A stretch of DNA of 64,000 nt, taken from the NCBI GenBank assembly GCA_949297015.1, contig CASFRF010000050.1, forward strand, positions 903-64,902, given 5' to 3'. A program made the translations under genes and the position numbers. This DNA comes from an uncultured bacterium. GTDB taxonomy: Bacteria; Verrucomicrobiota; Lentisphaeria; Victivallales; Victivallaceae. Shown piece by piece: positions 34,401 through 42,860 of this stretch. Below the pieces are notes generated by a model, which was not told where the DNA came from, did no database searches, and was given only the letters and a program-made list of their open reading frames with translations. Positions within the stretch are counted from its first letter, which is position 1. Each line of letters begins with the position of its first letter.

Positions 34401-35244
34401 TCCCGGTGACGAGCAGCTGCCGCTTTGCCTCGTCGATGGCAAAGGTGAATTCCGGTCGCGCCGCCGGAACCGGATCCGCCGGAGTCGCGCCGCGCAGAAA
34501 GGTGAAGACCGCGCGCCAGAACTCCGGCGTTCCGCTCTCGGCCCCGGAGGCGTAGACCGCCACCCGGCCGGCGCCGTAACGACCGGTGAGCAGGAGCGCC
34601 TCCGCCGCCTGGTCGTCCGCCGCCAACCGGACCTGCCAGTCGCGGTTCAGGAGCGGGCGGCTCAGAAACGGTTCTCCCGACGCGAACGGCAGTTGCAGAT
34701 AGGAGTCGCGCCGGGCCAGTTGCTCCAGCCGGGTTTCGCCGAGTTCGGCGGTGTGAACCGGACGCAGCCGATATTGGTAGGGAACCTGAAAGTCCGGGGC
34801 GCGGGAGAAGAATTCGCGGTCGGCCTTCCCGGCACCCACCGCCGGGGCCGCACCGCCGCGATAGGCCTTGGGCAGCAGCGTCTGCCAGGCGGTGGTGGGG
34901 CTTACCGGAGTCAGCCGGAAGGCGTCGAGCCCCGGTTGGCGCGCCAGCGTCAGCAAGAGGGCGTGGCCGCGCGCCAGATGGGTCTGGAGTTGGGTTGCCT
35001 CCTCCGGGGTGAGGCGGCGACCCCGTTCATCGGCCTGCCAGATCAGGATGGACGGCAGGTGGTCAAATGGGGTAGCGGCGTCGAATGTCAGCGCTACGCC
35101 GGCGGCCTCCGCCCCCTGGCGCAGCGCCGCGCAGGGGGCGGCTTGCAGGTTGACCGCCGCGGCGTCGACCGCCGCCCCCGACGACGAGGTCGCGGCCGGC
35201 AGGGCAAGAAACAGCAGCAGAGAGACGCGAATGCGAATACGCAT
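31495..35244 (-). CDS. large secreted hypothetical protein (1249 aa; possibly glycan-active, family not recognised)
   Basis: Signal peptide MRIRIRVSLLLFLALPAATSS. Balanced, non-repetitive composition, unlike the Arg/Pro-rich antisense ORFs. Sits in an operon behind a GntR regulator and a pilin-leader protein. Confidence 0.6.
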   Translation of the reverse strand: MRIRIRVSLLLFLALPAATSSSGAAVDAAAVNLQAAPCAALRQGAEAAGVALTFDAATPFDHLPSILIWQADERGRRLTPEEATQLQTHLARGHALLLTLARQPGLDAFRLTPVSPTTAWQTLLPKAYRGGAAPAVGAGKADREFFSRAPDFQVPYQYRLRPVHTAELGETRLEQLARRDSYLQLPFASGEPFLSRPLLNRDWQVRLAADDQAAEALLLTGRYGAGRVAVYASGAESGTPEFWRAVFTFLRGATPADPVPAARPEFTFAIDEAKRQLLVTGNNPRGPDWKLPVVARLYGWDGTLQRDLTGDLELPAGRENTLVLSIPDAGILKAQAQSFRDQYRIRVGVLAPSGGEVWRETTLTADFTPPLEATLSGSEPGSNPAPLPGPEPESLALQGRGGLPVSDYSYRAGSEQRFTLTVRNGRRNLAPRARVLAPGAGNPEAARILNNLAASQMRPRGDLLEGGFYEGCEQAENRIRFEFPQPVTLNGLALYGTYERNATLVNTPGAIRVLADGREVLRRDDLDAGFNRRHLRTSLNWSPATARVWELVFPWRAAPAGLRRVKLQLGEIELFGPTPEVTAQNLELKLRLIRFGKPALELGSLRLSVPPGGEVRHEFACRLPELNGEAPDFGRLEAVTADGRVLAELPLLLVSDREGSCLRSRTSIQPPGQSWRIDHIVTRGFRNWLPLGSGSRDTPAGGWSTPEDIVFAYARRIKQTGSGTATDPAKLFLSEHSFTHYGNPWGSFPNGQLFFEAAAPRFLDRVRNLSAWQNAKLIVLGFGDRWDTGPSLNSMYSWQELVEFDRFRRQQGLDGLRGRTRAELIADLNKRLLHPFHAWQLDRYLRSFRAIRETIEGTGRRFGINAQGIPLLPPEAAAEIGSRLRGMSDDDTWGGLEEDFPLTAGRQMIHLAFNPGWQLVSNLVWGWDNTCLNNPHWFMPVGTTESSRRHQVTRAWRGVVGDRGDYHSIHTFGYSMNGYNSPLATVNDWQQNWNAAERQTRILPDGPLGFGLVVGTAVLSDPERAVFSGGGMGDSRLADTLIGRLFRVIGELHRRRISLPFAANATALMKFPGRSPLILPMPSTLSPEERKFLVERSRRGDALVLITDGETPAPEFQPLFADARPLPGEPRFRVGSAGIVADFRLEQLDGRAYDQLAALIREHLSPELIYPGGTAGYGFTSRGRKFITVEDLREEARTVQIQLRATGSAARAMELNTHHELPIVREGDFWNISLPLRKGDGVLIVVEEI

Positions 35245-35259
35245 GATGGCAACTCCGGA

Positions 35260-36057
35260 TCAGTAGGCGAAACGGATCGCGTCGTTGTAGATGTTCAGTT
35301 CCCGGCCCATGCGCACTTTCTGGGTATGGCCGTCGAAGTACACGGCGTTGGCGCCGTAGCCGTTTTCGTGATAGCTGTGCCAGTTGACATTCGGGTAATA
35401 GACGTGGGTATAGTGGGAGACCCGGCCGTAGCCCTGACGTCCATACCAGTGGGAGTCGAGGTAATTGATCACGGCGCCGGGGGAGAGACGGCGGCGGTTG
35501 GGCGAGGTGGATTGCCCCGGCAGTTCGGAGTAGAGCCGTTCCGGATCACGCACCGCGGCGGCGGTGGCGTAGTCGCGGGTGTAGCCGGTGTCAGGCAGTT
35601 TTTCCGCCCGCAGGGCGCCGTTGCCGATCATCATGGAGTAGCTCTGCAGATCGTTGTGGACTCCGGCGTAATTCACCGTACTGTCGGCTCCGGCGCTGCC
35701 CAGATGAACCGGGCAGCGGTAGACTTTGAGCCAGTTGGTGCGGCCGGGGGGATTGTTGATGTCCTTGAGCTGATCGAAGCCGAAGTAGGGGCGCAGCGCG
35801 TCGTCCCAGCCGACGCCGTTGCGGTCGTTGGTCCGGAAGCCGCTGCCGTTGGCTGCCGGGTAGCGACCGTTGAAATCGGCGGCGTAAGCGACATTGGCGG
35901 TCCCGATCTGTTTGAGATTGCTCAGGCAGAAGGTATCCTGCGCCGCCTGCCGCGCCCGGTTCAGGGCTGGGAGCAGCATGGAGGCGAGAATGGCGATGAT
36001 CGCGATTACGACCAGAAGTTCGATCAACGTGAAGTTTCGAGTTCGCATCGTTTTCAT
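35260..36057 (-). CDS. prepilin-type N-terminal cleavage/methylation-domain protein, DUF1559-like
   Basis: Start at ATG 36057 (AAAGGAG RBS). [36 protein letters not shown] is a type IV pilin/pseudopilin leader plus hydrophobic helix. The C-terminal YFDGHTQ-type end is characteristic of the DUF1559 family expanded in PVC bacteria. Confidence 0.8.
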   Translation of the reverse strand: MKTMRTRNFTLIELLVVIAIIAILASMLLPALNRARQAAQDTFCLSNLKQIGTANVAYAADFNGRYPAANGSGFRTNDRNGVGWDDALRPYFGFDQLKDINNPPGRTNWLKVYRCPVHLGSAGADSTVNYAGVHNDLQSYSMMIGNGALRAEKLPDTGYTRDYATAAAVRDPERLYSELPGQSTSPNRRRLSPGAVINYLDSHWYGRQGYGRVSHYTHVYYPNVNWHSYHENGYGANAVYFDGHTQKVRMGRELNIYNDAIRFAY

Positions 36058-36110
36058 GGGAGGCTCCTTTCTGAGCGTTGATGAGCTGTAGCCCGGAAAC
36101 GGTGGCGGAT

Positions 36111-37463
36111 CTAGGCTCCGCCGAGCCAGAAACGTTTCAGGTAGGACTCCCGGGAACCGGCCCCGGGCCGGATCAGCGTGCGAGCGGTCCGGCGGGAACG
36201 GGTCAGCGCCTCCTCCGGGGCGATTCGGTGCAGCAGCAGCGGCAGCAGCGCGGTTTCGATCAGACGCTCGCACAACGTCGGCCAGTGGTTGGATTGCCGG
36301 TAACAGAGCGCCCGGGTTTGGAGCGCCCGGAGCAGCGCCTTCAGGTGCGGAATTTCCGTTTCCGCAACCTGCAGCTCCGGCAGATAGGGGGAGATTCCGA
36401 TGAGCGAACGCATCATCGCCTGCTGGAAGGGCGTGGAGACCAGAAATTCAAAGAAGTTCCGTTCGCCGGTGGTGACCGCATCATCTCCCGCCAGACGGGC
36501 GCAGGGCAGATAGACCAGATCAGCGGACCCGGCGGCAACCTGCAGCGGTGCGAGCCGCAACTCCGGTCGTTGCGGCAGCTCGTATTCCGCCCAGCGGTGG
36601 GTGTGGCACAACGTGGCGCGCAGTTCACCCCGGGTCAGCAGGGCGGATTCCGGGAGTTCGGGCAGATCGGGGGCGATGATTCCGCTCCGGGCGTAAAGTG
36701 TCAGCAGTTCCACAAACCGGGCCAGGGCCGCGGAGTCCGGGACCCGTTCCGGCGCGGTGGCCAGCAGCTCCTGAAGTCCGGAGAGTCCGGCCACGCAGTC
36801 GGCATTCGGCGGAGGGATCGAGCGGGGGCCGAGTTCCCGGCTCAATCGCCGGAACCAGTCCGGGAGCGTCTCCTCCGAACGCGGGGTTAACGAGTGTTCG
36901 TGCCGATAGATCAGGGCGAAGCATTGCAGCTGATAGGGCAGGTCAAAATCCCAGTTCCAGCCGGTGAGTTGCGGCAGCAGTCGGGCGCGCAGCCGGGCCA
37001 GTCGCTCGGGACCGAGAATTTCGCTCAGCGGCACCAGCGGGGTCGGTTGCCCGGATTCCGGCGGCCGGATCAGGATCCGGCCCGGAACCGGCCCGGCGTC
37101 GGTGCGGTTGCGGTAGAACCTGGTCTGCAGCTGGACCCCCGGAAATTGCTGTTCAAAGTGTTGAAATTGTTCCAGCCAGAACCGGATCTGATGCGGACGG
37201 GTCTCAAAGACGGCAACGGCAATTTTCTCCACCATGGTCGGGGCCCCGCCGGTGGTCACCTGCGAGCATTGCCGGGGATGATTTCTCACCATGCCCCGTC
37301 GTTCCAGCTCCGCCAGAGCCAGCTGGACCGAGGCGGTTGAGAGCCCGAAACGCCGGGCCAGTTCCCGGCGGCTGGGCAGGCGGTCGGTAAAACCGGGCGT
37401 TCCCCCGGCGATCAGCCGGGCGATCGTTTCCGCGCACTGTTGAATTTTGGATCCGGTTCTCAT
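36111..37463 (-). CDS. GntR-family transcriptional regulator with a large non-canonical C-terminal domain
   Basis: Start at ATG 37463 (AGGAA RBS, consensus promoter upstream). [31 protein letters not shown] is the GntR winged-HTH. About 370 further residues of unknown fold. The track ORF extension to 38348 crosses the AT-rich promoter region and was discarded. Confidence 0.7.
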   Translation of the reverse strand: MRTGSKIQQCAETIARLIAGGTPGFTDRLPSRRELARRFGLSTASVQLALAELERRGMVRNHPRQCSQVTTGGAPTMVEKIAVAVFETRPHQIRFWLEQFQHFEQQFPGVQLQTRFYRNRTDAGPVPGRILIRPPESGQPTPLVPLSEILGPERLARLRARLLPQLTGWNWDFDLPYQLQCFALIYRHEHSLTPRSEETLPDWFRRLSRELGPRSIPPPNADCVAGLSGLQELLATAPERVPDSAALARFVELLTLYARSGIIAPDLPELPESALLTRGELRATLCHTHRWAEYELPQRPELRLAPLQVAAGSADLVYLPCARLAGDDAVTTGERNFFEFLVSTPFQQAMMRSLIGISPYLPELQVAETEIPHLKALLRALQTRALCYRQSNHWPTLCERLIETALLPLLLHRIAPEEALTRSRRTARTLIRPGAGSRESYLKRFWLGGA

Positions 37464-37491
37464 AACTGATTTCCTGTTGAACACATGTACA

Positions 37492-37520
37492 ATTATAATC
37501 AAGTCGGGGTCCGATGTCAA
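37492..37520 (-). promoter_or_regulatory. consensus sigma70 promoter for the GntR / DUF1559-like / 1249-aa / 341-aa operon
   Basis: Minus strand: TTGACA (37520..37515), exactly 17 nt, TATAAT (37497..37492). It lies in the most AT-rich stretch of the window and is followed by TGTACATGT. Confidence 0.6.
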
Positions 37521-37560
37521 GTGCTTGGCGACAAATAATTCAAAAAAAGCGTATTTGAAC

Positions 37561-37591
37561 TTGAAAAAGGAAAAACCTGCAATACTATAAT
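37561..37591 (+). promoter_or_regulatory. predicted promoter for the divergent 864-aa gene
   Basis: TTGAAA (37561..37566), then either TACTAT (37583..37588, 16-nt spacer) or TATAAT (37586..37591, 19-nt spacer). Confidence 0.35.
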
Positions 37592-37606
37592 TATACAGAT
37601 GTATAA
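37591..37606. promoter_or_regulatory. perfect 7-2-7 palindrome, candidate operator (GntR-type?)
   Basis: TTATACA-GA-TGTATAA. It overlaps the -10 region and lies directly before the AAGGAG RBS (37608..37613) of the 37623 gene. A related half-site, TATAATTGTACA, overlaps the divergent -10 at 37486..37497. Confidence 0.45.
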
Positions 37607-37622
37607 AAAGGAGCGTGGAGTG

Positions 37623-40217
37623 ATGAAGGCGTTGTGGGCAGAGGAGCTGGCCCGGGTCCGCGCCGCCGGCAGCCGGGTCGGCGGCGAGTTTGACCGGTTG
37701 TTCCGGGAACTGGAACGACGTTGTGACCCCGGGAGCTGGCAGCGTTACGATTTCAGTCCGGCCTGCCGCTGTTTCCGGGCCCTGTTGCGCGGCGAGACGG
37801 CGGCGGCCAGAAGTGAATTCGAGCGGGAGTGGCGCGGCGGTGAAGCCCTGAACCGGGGGATTCATTACTGGAACAGCGCCCAGTTCCGCACCGGCGACCG
37901 CTGGATTTGCGCGGCCATGCTGGCGCAGCTGCTGATTCTGTTCGACTTTCTGGCGGCGGAAGGGGCCTTTTCCGAGTCGGAGATCGACGCGGTGGCTGCC
38001 GAGGCGCTGGCGGTGATGGCCGATTTCATCGAACCCCACAATCAGGGGCGCGGCTGTTTCCCGATTCTCCATGAGCCGATCAATCAGAATGCCGCCATGT
38101 GCTGCGGCATGCTCTACGCCGGGTATTGCTTCGGCTACCGGTGGCGGCAGGATCCGGTCGCCCGGCGTTTGTACGGGCGGGGGCGGGAGCTGTTCGCCGA
38201 CGCGCTCGGGCAGTTCCCTGAGAACGGCTTCGACGGCGACGGCTTCACCTACCTGCGCGAAATTCATCTGGCGACCCACACCCTGTCGGTGGCGCTGCTC
38301 GAAAAGAGCGAGGGCGGGGAGTGGTACGGACGCGAATTCCTCCCTCATCGGATCAGTCTGCGGCAGCTGAACGCCCGTCAGCTGGACTTCATTCTACCCT
38401 CCGGTTACAGCTGGCCGCTGGGGCGTTACACCTATGTCCGGATCTGGAACCAGTTCCAGCAGAGTTTCGCCGCCGCCCGCACCGGCGATCCGCGTTATCT
38501 GATTCAGGCGAAATTCGACAACCGCGATTCCGACTACTCCTCGCCCTGGCTGGGGCTGGAACTCCCGCTGGGATTGCTCTGGTATCCGCTGGAACTGAAC
38601 GAGGCGGTCAGTTCGGCCCCGGCGCCGGAACCGCCCCGGCTCAATGAACTCCGGGAACACGACTGGGCGGCCTGTGCGCTGGAGCAGGACGACTTCACCG
38701 GAGTGGTCTCCTGGCTTCCGGGCAAGGCTCCGAACTTCTTTCTGGAGGCCGGCCGGACGCCGCTGATCTTCTGCGACACCGGCTCCTGGGGCTCCGCCAA
38801 CGGAGTTCAGCCGGGGAACTACGACTGGGGTTTTGAGGGCTGGCTGACTCCCGGCGGCCGGGGATTGGGCGGCTTTTTCGACGCCGCGGTGCAGCTGGCG
38901 GCGGCGGAGTTGACCGGGTGTTATCCCGCGTCCGCCGGGGTCCGGCGGGCGGAGGTGTTCTACGCGCAGCTGGCGGGCGTCGGCGCCTTCCGGTTCGATC
39001 GCTATTGCGATGGTCGCGGCGTCGAGCCCCGGCTGCAACTGCTGACCTGGGACGAGGTCGAGCTGACCGGAACCCGGGTCCGGGTCCGGCCGCCGACCGG
39101 CCCGGTGCTGACCATCAGCGCGGAGACTGCGCCCGGCTGTGAAAAGCCCGCGCCCGGCGCGGTCCGGCTGCCGGGCCGTGCCGATCCCGGACTGACCCGG
39201 CTGTTCTGGCGCGGAGAGCCGGGGCGGGGGGAGTTCGGGACTTTGTTCAGTCTCGATCCGGAGGCTGCGGCGGTCCGGCAGGGCGAAACGGTGCAGATTT
39301 CAAGCGGCGGAAAGGGTTACCGGTTGTTGTTGCCGGGGCGGGGCGTCCGCCGGTTCGACGGCTGGGAGACCGATGCCCGGTTCGCCGCCGCCGGTTCCGA
39401 CTGGCGGGTGTTCGTCGATCTCCGCCGGCTTCGGGATGCGGCGGGGCGGGAGGTATTCCGCAGTTCCCGTCCGGTCCGGCTGCTGGTGACTCCGGAGCGG
39501 ATCCGGATCGAAGGGTTGCGCTATGGCGACTTTGCCTGGTACCGGGAGGAGCCGACGGTACATCTGGTGATCCGTTGCGGCAACGGGGTGGAACTCTTCG
39601 GTCGGAGTTCGCCGCCGCGGCAACTGGAGCTCCCCGGCCCCTGGTTCGGGTTGATGCTCAACGACCGGCCGGAACTCTGGAGCGATAAGGGCGTGACCTT
39701 GCCCGGTGCCGCGGAGTCGCCCGCGCCGGAGGCGTTGATCCGGGCGGCGGCGGGGCGGGATTGCGGCGTTTTGATCGAACTGCTGCACCGGGTGCGTCGG
39801 ACGCTGGATCCGCGCTGGATTCCGGCGGTGAGCGGGCTGTTGACCTGGGATCGGGCCGAACCGCGACCGGTGGCGAATTTCGCCGGTTGTACCGAGTCCA
39901 CCTACGTCCGGCTGGAGGCGGTCCGGACCTTGACCGTGCTGCTGGCCGAGGAGTCGATTCCGGCGTTGCTGGCGCTGTTCCGGCGGGAGCAGTCCCAGGT
40001 GTACCAGCGGGAGGACACGGTCTGGGGCAATCAGTTCTGGGGCAGCAGCACCCGGGTGGCGATCACCGAGGCGCTGCGGCTGCTTCCGGGCGGGGGCGCC
40101 GCGCTGCTGGCGGAGTGGGAGACGCTGCGCTCCGGCGAGGTGGTGCCGCACGTTCAGGACGGTCTGGAACGGGTCCGCGCCGAGGAGCTCAGCCGGATCG
40201 AGTTTGAACGGGCGTAG
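37623..40217 (+). CDS. large cytoplasmic hypothetical protein; alpha/alpha-toroid (heparinase II/III-like?) N-part and HEAT-like C-terminal repeats
   Basis: Start ATG 37623 (or GTG 37620), 9 nt after AAGGAG. No signal peptide. INQNAAMCCGMLYAGYCF / GFDGDGFTYLREIHLATH are reminiscent of heparinase II/III-type lyases. The C-terminus (VRLEAVRTLTVLLAEESIPALLALF...RVAITEALRLL) looks like HEAT repeats. Functional call is weak. Confidence 0.35.
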   Translation: MKALWAEELARVRAAGSRVGGEFDRLFRELERRCDPGSWQRYDFSPACRCFRALLRGETAAARSEFEREWRGGEALNRGIHYWNSAQFRTGDRWICAAMLAQLLILFDFLAAEGAFSESEIDAVAAEALAVMADFIEPHNQGRGCFPILHEPINQNAAMCCGMLYAGYCFGYRWRQDPVARRLYGRGRELFADALGQFPENGFDGDGFTYLREIHLATHTLSVALLEKSEGGEWYGREFLPHRISLRQLNARQLDFILPSGYSWPLGRYTYVRIWNQFQQSFAAARTGDPRYLIQAKFDNRDSDYSSPWLGLELPLGLLWYPLELNEAVSSAPAPEPPRLNELREHDWAACALEQDDFTGVVSWLPGKAPNFFLEAGRTPLIFCDTGSWGSANGVQPGNYDWGFEGWLTPGGRGLGGFFDAAVQLAAAELTGCYPASAGVRRAEVFYAQLAGVGAFRFDRYCDGRGVEPRLQLLTWDEVELTGTRVRVRPPTGPVLTISAETAPGCEKPAPGAVRLPGRADPGLTRLFWRGEPGRGEFGTLFSLDPEAAAVRQGETVQISSGGKGYRLLLPGRGVRRFDGWETDARFAAAGSDWRVFVDLRRLRDAAGREVFRSSRPVRLLVTPERIRIEGLRYGDFAWYREEPTVHLVIRCGNGVELFGRSSPPRQLELPGPWFGLMLNDRPELWSDKGVTLPGAAESPAPEALIRAAAGRDCGVLIELLHRVRRTLDPRWIPAVSGLLTWDRAEPRPVANFAGCTESTYVRLEAVRTLTVLLAEESIPALLALFRREQSQVYQREDTVWGNQFWGSSTRVAITEALRLLPGGGAALLAEWETLRSGEVVPHVQDGLERVRAEELSRIEFERA

Positions 40218-40221
40218 GGCT

Positions 40222-41502
40222 TCAGTCCCCGGTGCCCCCGGTCCCCTCCGGCGCGGTTCCCGCGGAGGTCGTTTCGGGGGCAGCGTCGGTTCCGGTTGGA
40301 GCGTCAGCTCCGGCTTGAGCTCCGGCTTTGGCCTGCCGGGCCTTGACCTCCTCCGGCGAGTACCAGCGGCCGTTCTCCTCCTCGTACCCCTCGCTCTTGA
40401 GTTGCGCGAAAAGCCGGGCGTGGCAGAGTTCATCCCGGCGGGGTTCGAGCAGCTGTTCCAGCTCCGCCCGTGTGTAGTACCGCCCCCGGTAGAGATTGAA
40501 ATCGTGCTCCTTCTTGAGCCGGTTCAGAATGGTCGTCCTCTCCGCCGCCCGCCGCTCCCGGTAGGGTGAGCGCCGGGCGCTGACAAACTCTTCGCGATAC
40601 CGCTCGCTGTAGGGCGAAAAATGAGCCCGGCTGACGCTCCGCAACTGGTCGTAGCGGAACTGCACGGGGCCGGAACCCCGGTCGCGAATCAACACGCCCT
40701 CATCGTCAATCACCAGAATGGGCCCCTTGATCCCGATCCCGTCGGTGCCGTACAGCGTCACCTCCTCGTCAACCCGATAGAGCCGGAACAGCTCATCCGC
40801 CTGTTTTTGAACCCGTTCCGCCAGCTCCTGATCAGCCCGGCGTTCAAGTTCCTCCAACGTGCTCCGCTCCTGGCGGATCGGAAAACCCGCGGCGTCGTCC
40901 AGCGTGGCCAGGGTCGGAAGCTCCTGAATCCGGGGCAGCAGGGCGGCCAGCGTCTTCTCCGACCCCTGAAAGCCGAGATCCCGGCCGCACAGCGGACAAC
41001 ACCGGGCCCGCGCCCGTTCCTCCGCCGCGGCCTGCAGTTCGGCCTGACGTTTCCGCGCCTCCTCCCGGAGTTGCTCCTGATAGTCGTCGAAACGCCGTTT
41101 GAGCTCCGGGTAGTAGTAGTAACCGGCTCCGCCCAGTGCCGCCAGCACCGCCAGCCAGAAGATCAGCCAGCAGATGCGCCGGAGTTGGCGACGCCGCTTC
41201 CGGACCCGTTCCGCTGCCGCTTTGTCCGCTCCCGCATTGGCTCCGGCGGCTTTGGCGGCTTTGGCGGCTTGGGGCGGCGTCGGCAGCTGGATCGGACCCG
41301 GCGGAGCCTTGGGTTCGGCCGGAGCCGGAGTCGGCGGAACCACGCTCGCCGTGGACGGGGCGTCCAGCGGCGGGGGCGGCGGCTCCGGCGGCGTGATGTG
41401 AATTGCGATCTTCGGCGGCCGCGGCTCCGGCGGCTTGGACTCGGACGGAGGTGTTTGCGGCGGCTCGGCCGGGGGCTGGGGCATGGTTGATTCTTCGCTC
41501 AT
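40222..41502 (-). CDS. proline-rich bitopic membrane protein, hypothetical
   Basis: About 100 aa Pro/Ala-rich N-terminus (PPEPPPPPLDAP...), one TM helix (ICWLIFWLAVLAALGGAGYYYY), a charged coiled-coil-like stretch (QEQLREEARKRQAELQAAAEERARA), and CCPLCG. Confidence 0.6.
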   Translation of the reverse strand: MSEESTMPQPPAEPPQTPPSESKPPEPRPPKIAIHITPPEPPPPPLDAPSTASVVPPTPAPAEPKAPPGPIQLPTPPQAAKAAKAAGANAGADKAAAERVRKRRRQLRRICWLIFWLAVLAALGGAGYYYYPELKRRFDDYQEQLREEARKRQAELQAAAEERARARCCPLCGRDLGFQGSEKTLAALLPRIQELPTLATLDDAAGFPIRQERSTLEELERRADQELAERVQKQADELFRLYRVDEEVTLYGTDGIGIKGPILVIDDEGVLIRDRGSGPVQFRYDQLRSVSRAHFSPYSERYREEFVSARRSPYRERRAAERTTILNRLKKEHDFNLYRGRYYTRAELEQLLEPRRDELCHARLFAQLKSEGYEEENGRWYSPEEVKARQAKAGAQAGADAPTGTDAAPETTSAGTAPEGTGGTGD

Positions 41503-41511
41503 GGTGAACTC

Positions 41512-42264
41512 CTAGCGGACCAGCACCAGCAGCCGTGCAAAACGGTAGTTGCGGGCGGCTCCGGTATCGGTCCAGTCGGGATTGCCGTTGGGATCCGGAT
41601 TGTTGCCGATTCCAAGATCGCTCTCGCGCCCGTCCCGCCACTTGTTGAAGGCGAAGACGGTGCTCCGGCGATCCAGATTGTGCAGCTGCATCGACCCGTA
41701 ACCCGGATTCGGCTGGTCGCGCCGCTGATCGCCGAAGTCGTAACGGTCGTGATCTCCGCCGGGGTACTGCCGGGCGTTGTACGGGTAGTAGTTCTGCGGC
41801 CAGAACTCCAGCGCCCCCTCCTTGAAACTGCCCGAGGCGACCTCCGGCCGGTTGGAGCGGACCTCCAGATTCTTCACCTTCTGCTGGAAAACCGCACCGC
41901 TGGCCTTGGTGGGGACTCCGAGCTGTTTCGCCTGTTCGGTAAAGGCGTCCATGGTCGCCCAGACGTAGCAGGGCGTACCCTCCTGCGGCTCCAGATAGAG
42001 CAGGTAGCCGACCTTGCTGAACTTTTCGATCTTCGCGCTGTCGTCGCGTTCGTAGCGGACCGCCGCCTGATTCGGCGTCAGCCCGGTGAAGGGATCGTAG
42101 ACATAGACCAGCTGCCAGTCGGCGATCAGCGGCCGGAGCTCCTCACCCAGTTCCGGCGCGGGCGCTTTCCCCTCCGGAAACAGCACCTCCGGCTCCGCCG
42201 CGGCGGCGACCAGAAGTCCGGCTCCTCCCAGCAGCGCCGGAATCAACCCGGCGAGCCGCCTCAT
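41512..42264 (-). CDS. secreted hypothetical protein (250 aa)
   Basis: Start at ATG 42264 (ATGA overlap). Signal peptide MRRLAGLIPALLGGAGLLVAAAAEP. Conserved-looking C-terminal blocks GYGSMQLHN, FAFNKW, GIGNNPDPNGNPDWT. Family not recognised. Confidence 0.6.
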   Translation of the reverse strand: MRRLAGLIPALLGGAGLLVAAAAEPEVLFPEGKAPAPELGEELRPLIADWQLVYVYDPFTGLTPNQAAVRYERDDSAKIEKFSKVGYLLYLEPQEGTPCYVWATMDAFTEQAKQLGVPTKASGAVFQQKVKNLEVRSNRPEVASGSFKEGALEFWPQNYYPYNARQYPGGDHDRYDFGDQRRDQPNPGYGSMQLHNLDRRSTVFAFNKWRDGRESDLGIGNNPDPNGNPDWTDTGAARNYRFARLLVLVR

Positions 42265-42860
42265 TCGTCTTTCCCCCGGCGCACGGCAATGCCGAAGACC
42301 CCGGTCTCCACCTTGACCGTCTCCAGCGTCAGCTCCGCTTTGACGAAGTAGCGCCGCTCCGCCCCCGGCGAAACCTCCAGATCGCGGATAAAGGGCAGCG
42401 CTTTGGGAATCAGCGCCTGATTCCCCGGCATCAGATCCAACGGATAGCGCAGATCGGGATCGGCCGGATCCTCGTTCAGCGGGATCCAGGCTTCGGGATC
42501 GGGCTCCTCGGTGCCGGGAAACCAGTTCTGGATCAGCAGCCGGATGTTGTCCGACTGCTGGAGATGCCAATCCTCGAGCCGGACCGGTTTGCGGTCGGTG
42601 TTCCGCAAAGCGAACACCAGTTCGGCATCTTTCCCGGTTTCAAATTCCCGCCGGGTCGGATAGAGATCCAGCTGATAATTTTTGAGCGGCTTGTAGGTTT
42701 GCGGCTTCCGCCCCCAGGCGTTTCGGGTCCGGAGTGCCGCTTCACTCAGGGTTTCAGTCACCGAACGCTCCCCCCGATCTGACGGCTCGGTCTGATCGCC
42801 GGCGCACCCCGCCAGCAACAACAGGGACGCCGCCACGGCCAGATACCCCCCCCGTTTCAT
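42261..42860 (-). CDS. lipoprotein, hypothetical
   Basis: Start at ATG 42860 (ATGA overlap). MKRGGYLAVAASLLLLAGCAGD is a signal peptide with a lipobox (LLAGC). Confidence 0.65.
   Translation of the reverse strand: MKRGGYLAVAASLLLLAGCAGDQTEPSDRGERSVTETLSEAALRTRNAWGRKPQTYKPLKNYQLDLYPTRREFETGKDAELVFALRNTDRKPVRLEDWHLQQSDNIRLLIQNWFPGTEEPDPEAWIPLNEDPADPDLRYPLDLMPGNQALIPKALPFIRDLEVSPGAERRYFVKAELTLETVKVETGVFGIAVRRGKDE

Noticed and set aside
35941-36035. Roughly 60-nt inverted nucleotide similarity between 35960..36030 and 56860..56930, which could look like terminal repeats of a mobile element.
   Set aside because: Both segments encode the conserved pilin-leader helix ([25 protein letters not shown]) of the two DUF1559-like paralogs on opposite strands. 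The similarity is explained by protein conservation, and no transposase or target duplication is present.
37464-38348. N-terminal 295-codon extension of the GntR ORF (track ORF 36111..38348).
   Set aside because: The extension runs through the AT-rich promoter/operator region and antisense to the 37623 gene. The wHTH begins right after ATG 37463, which has an RBS and a consensus promoter.
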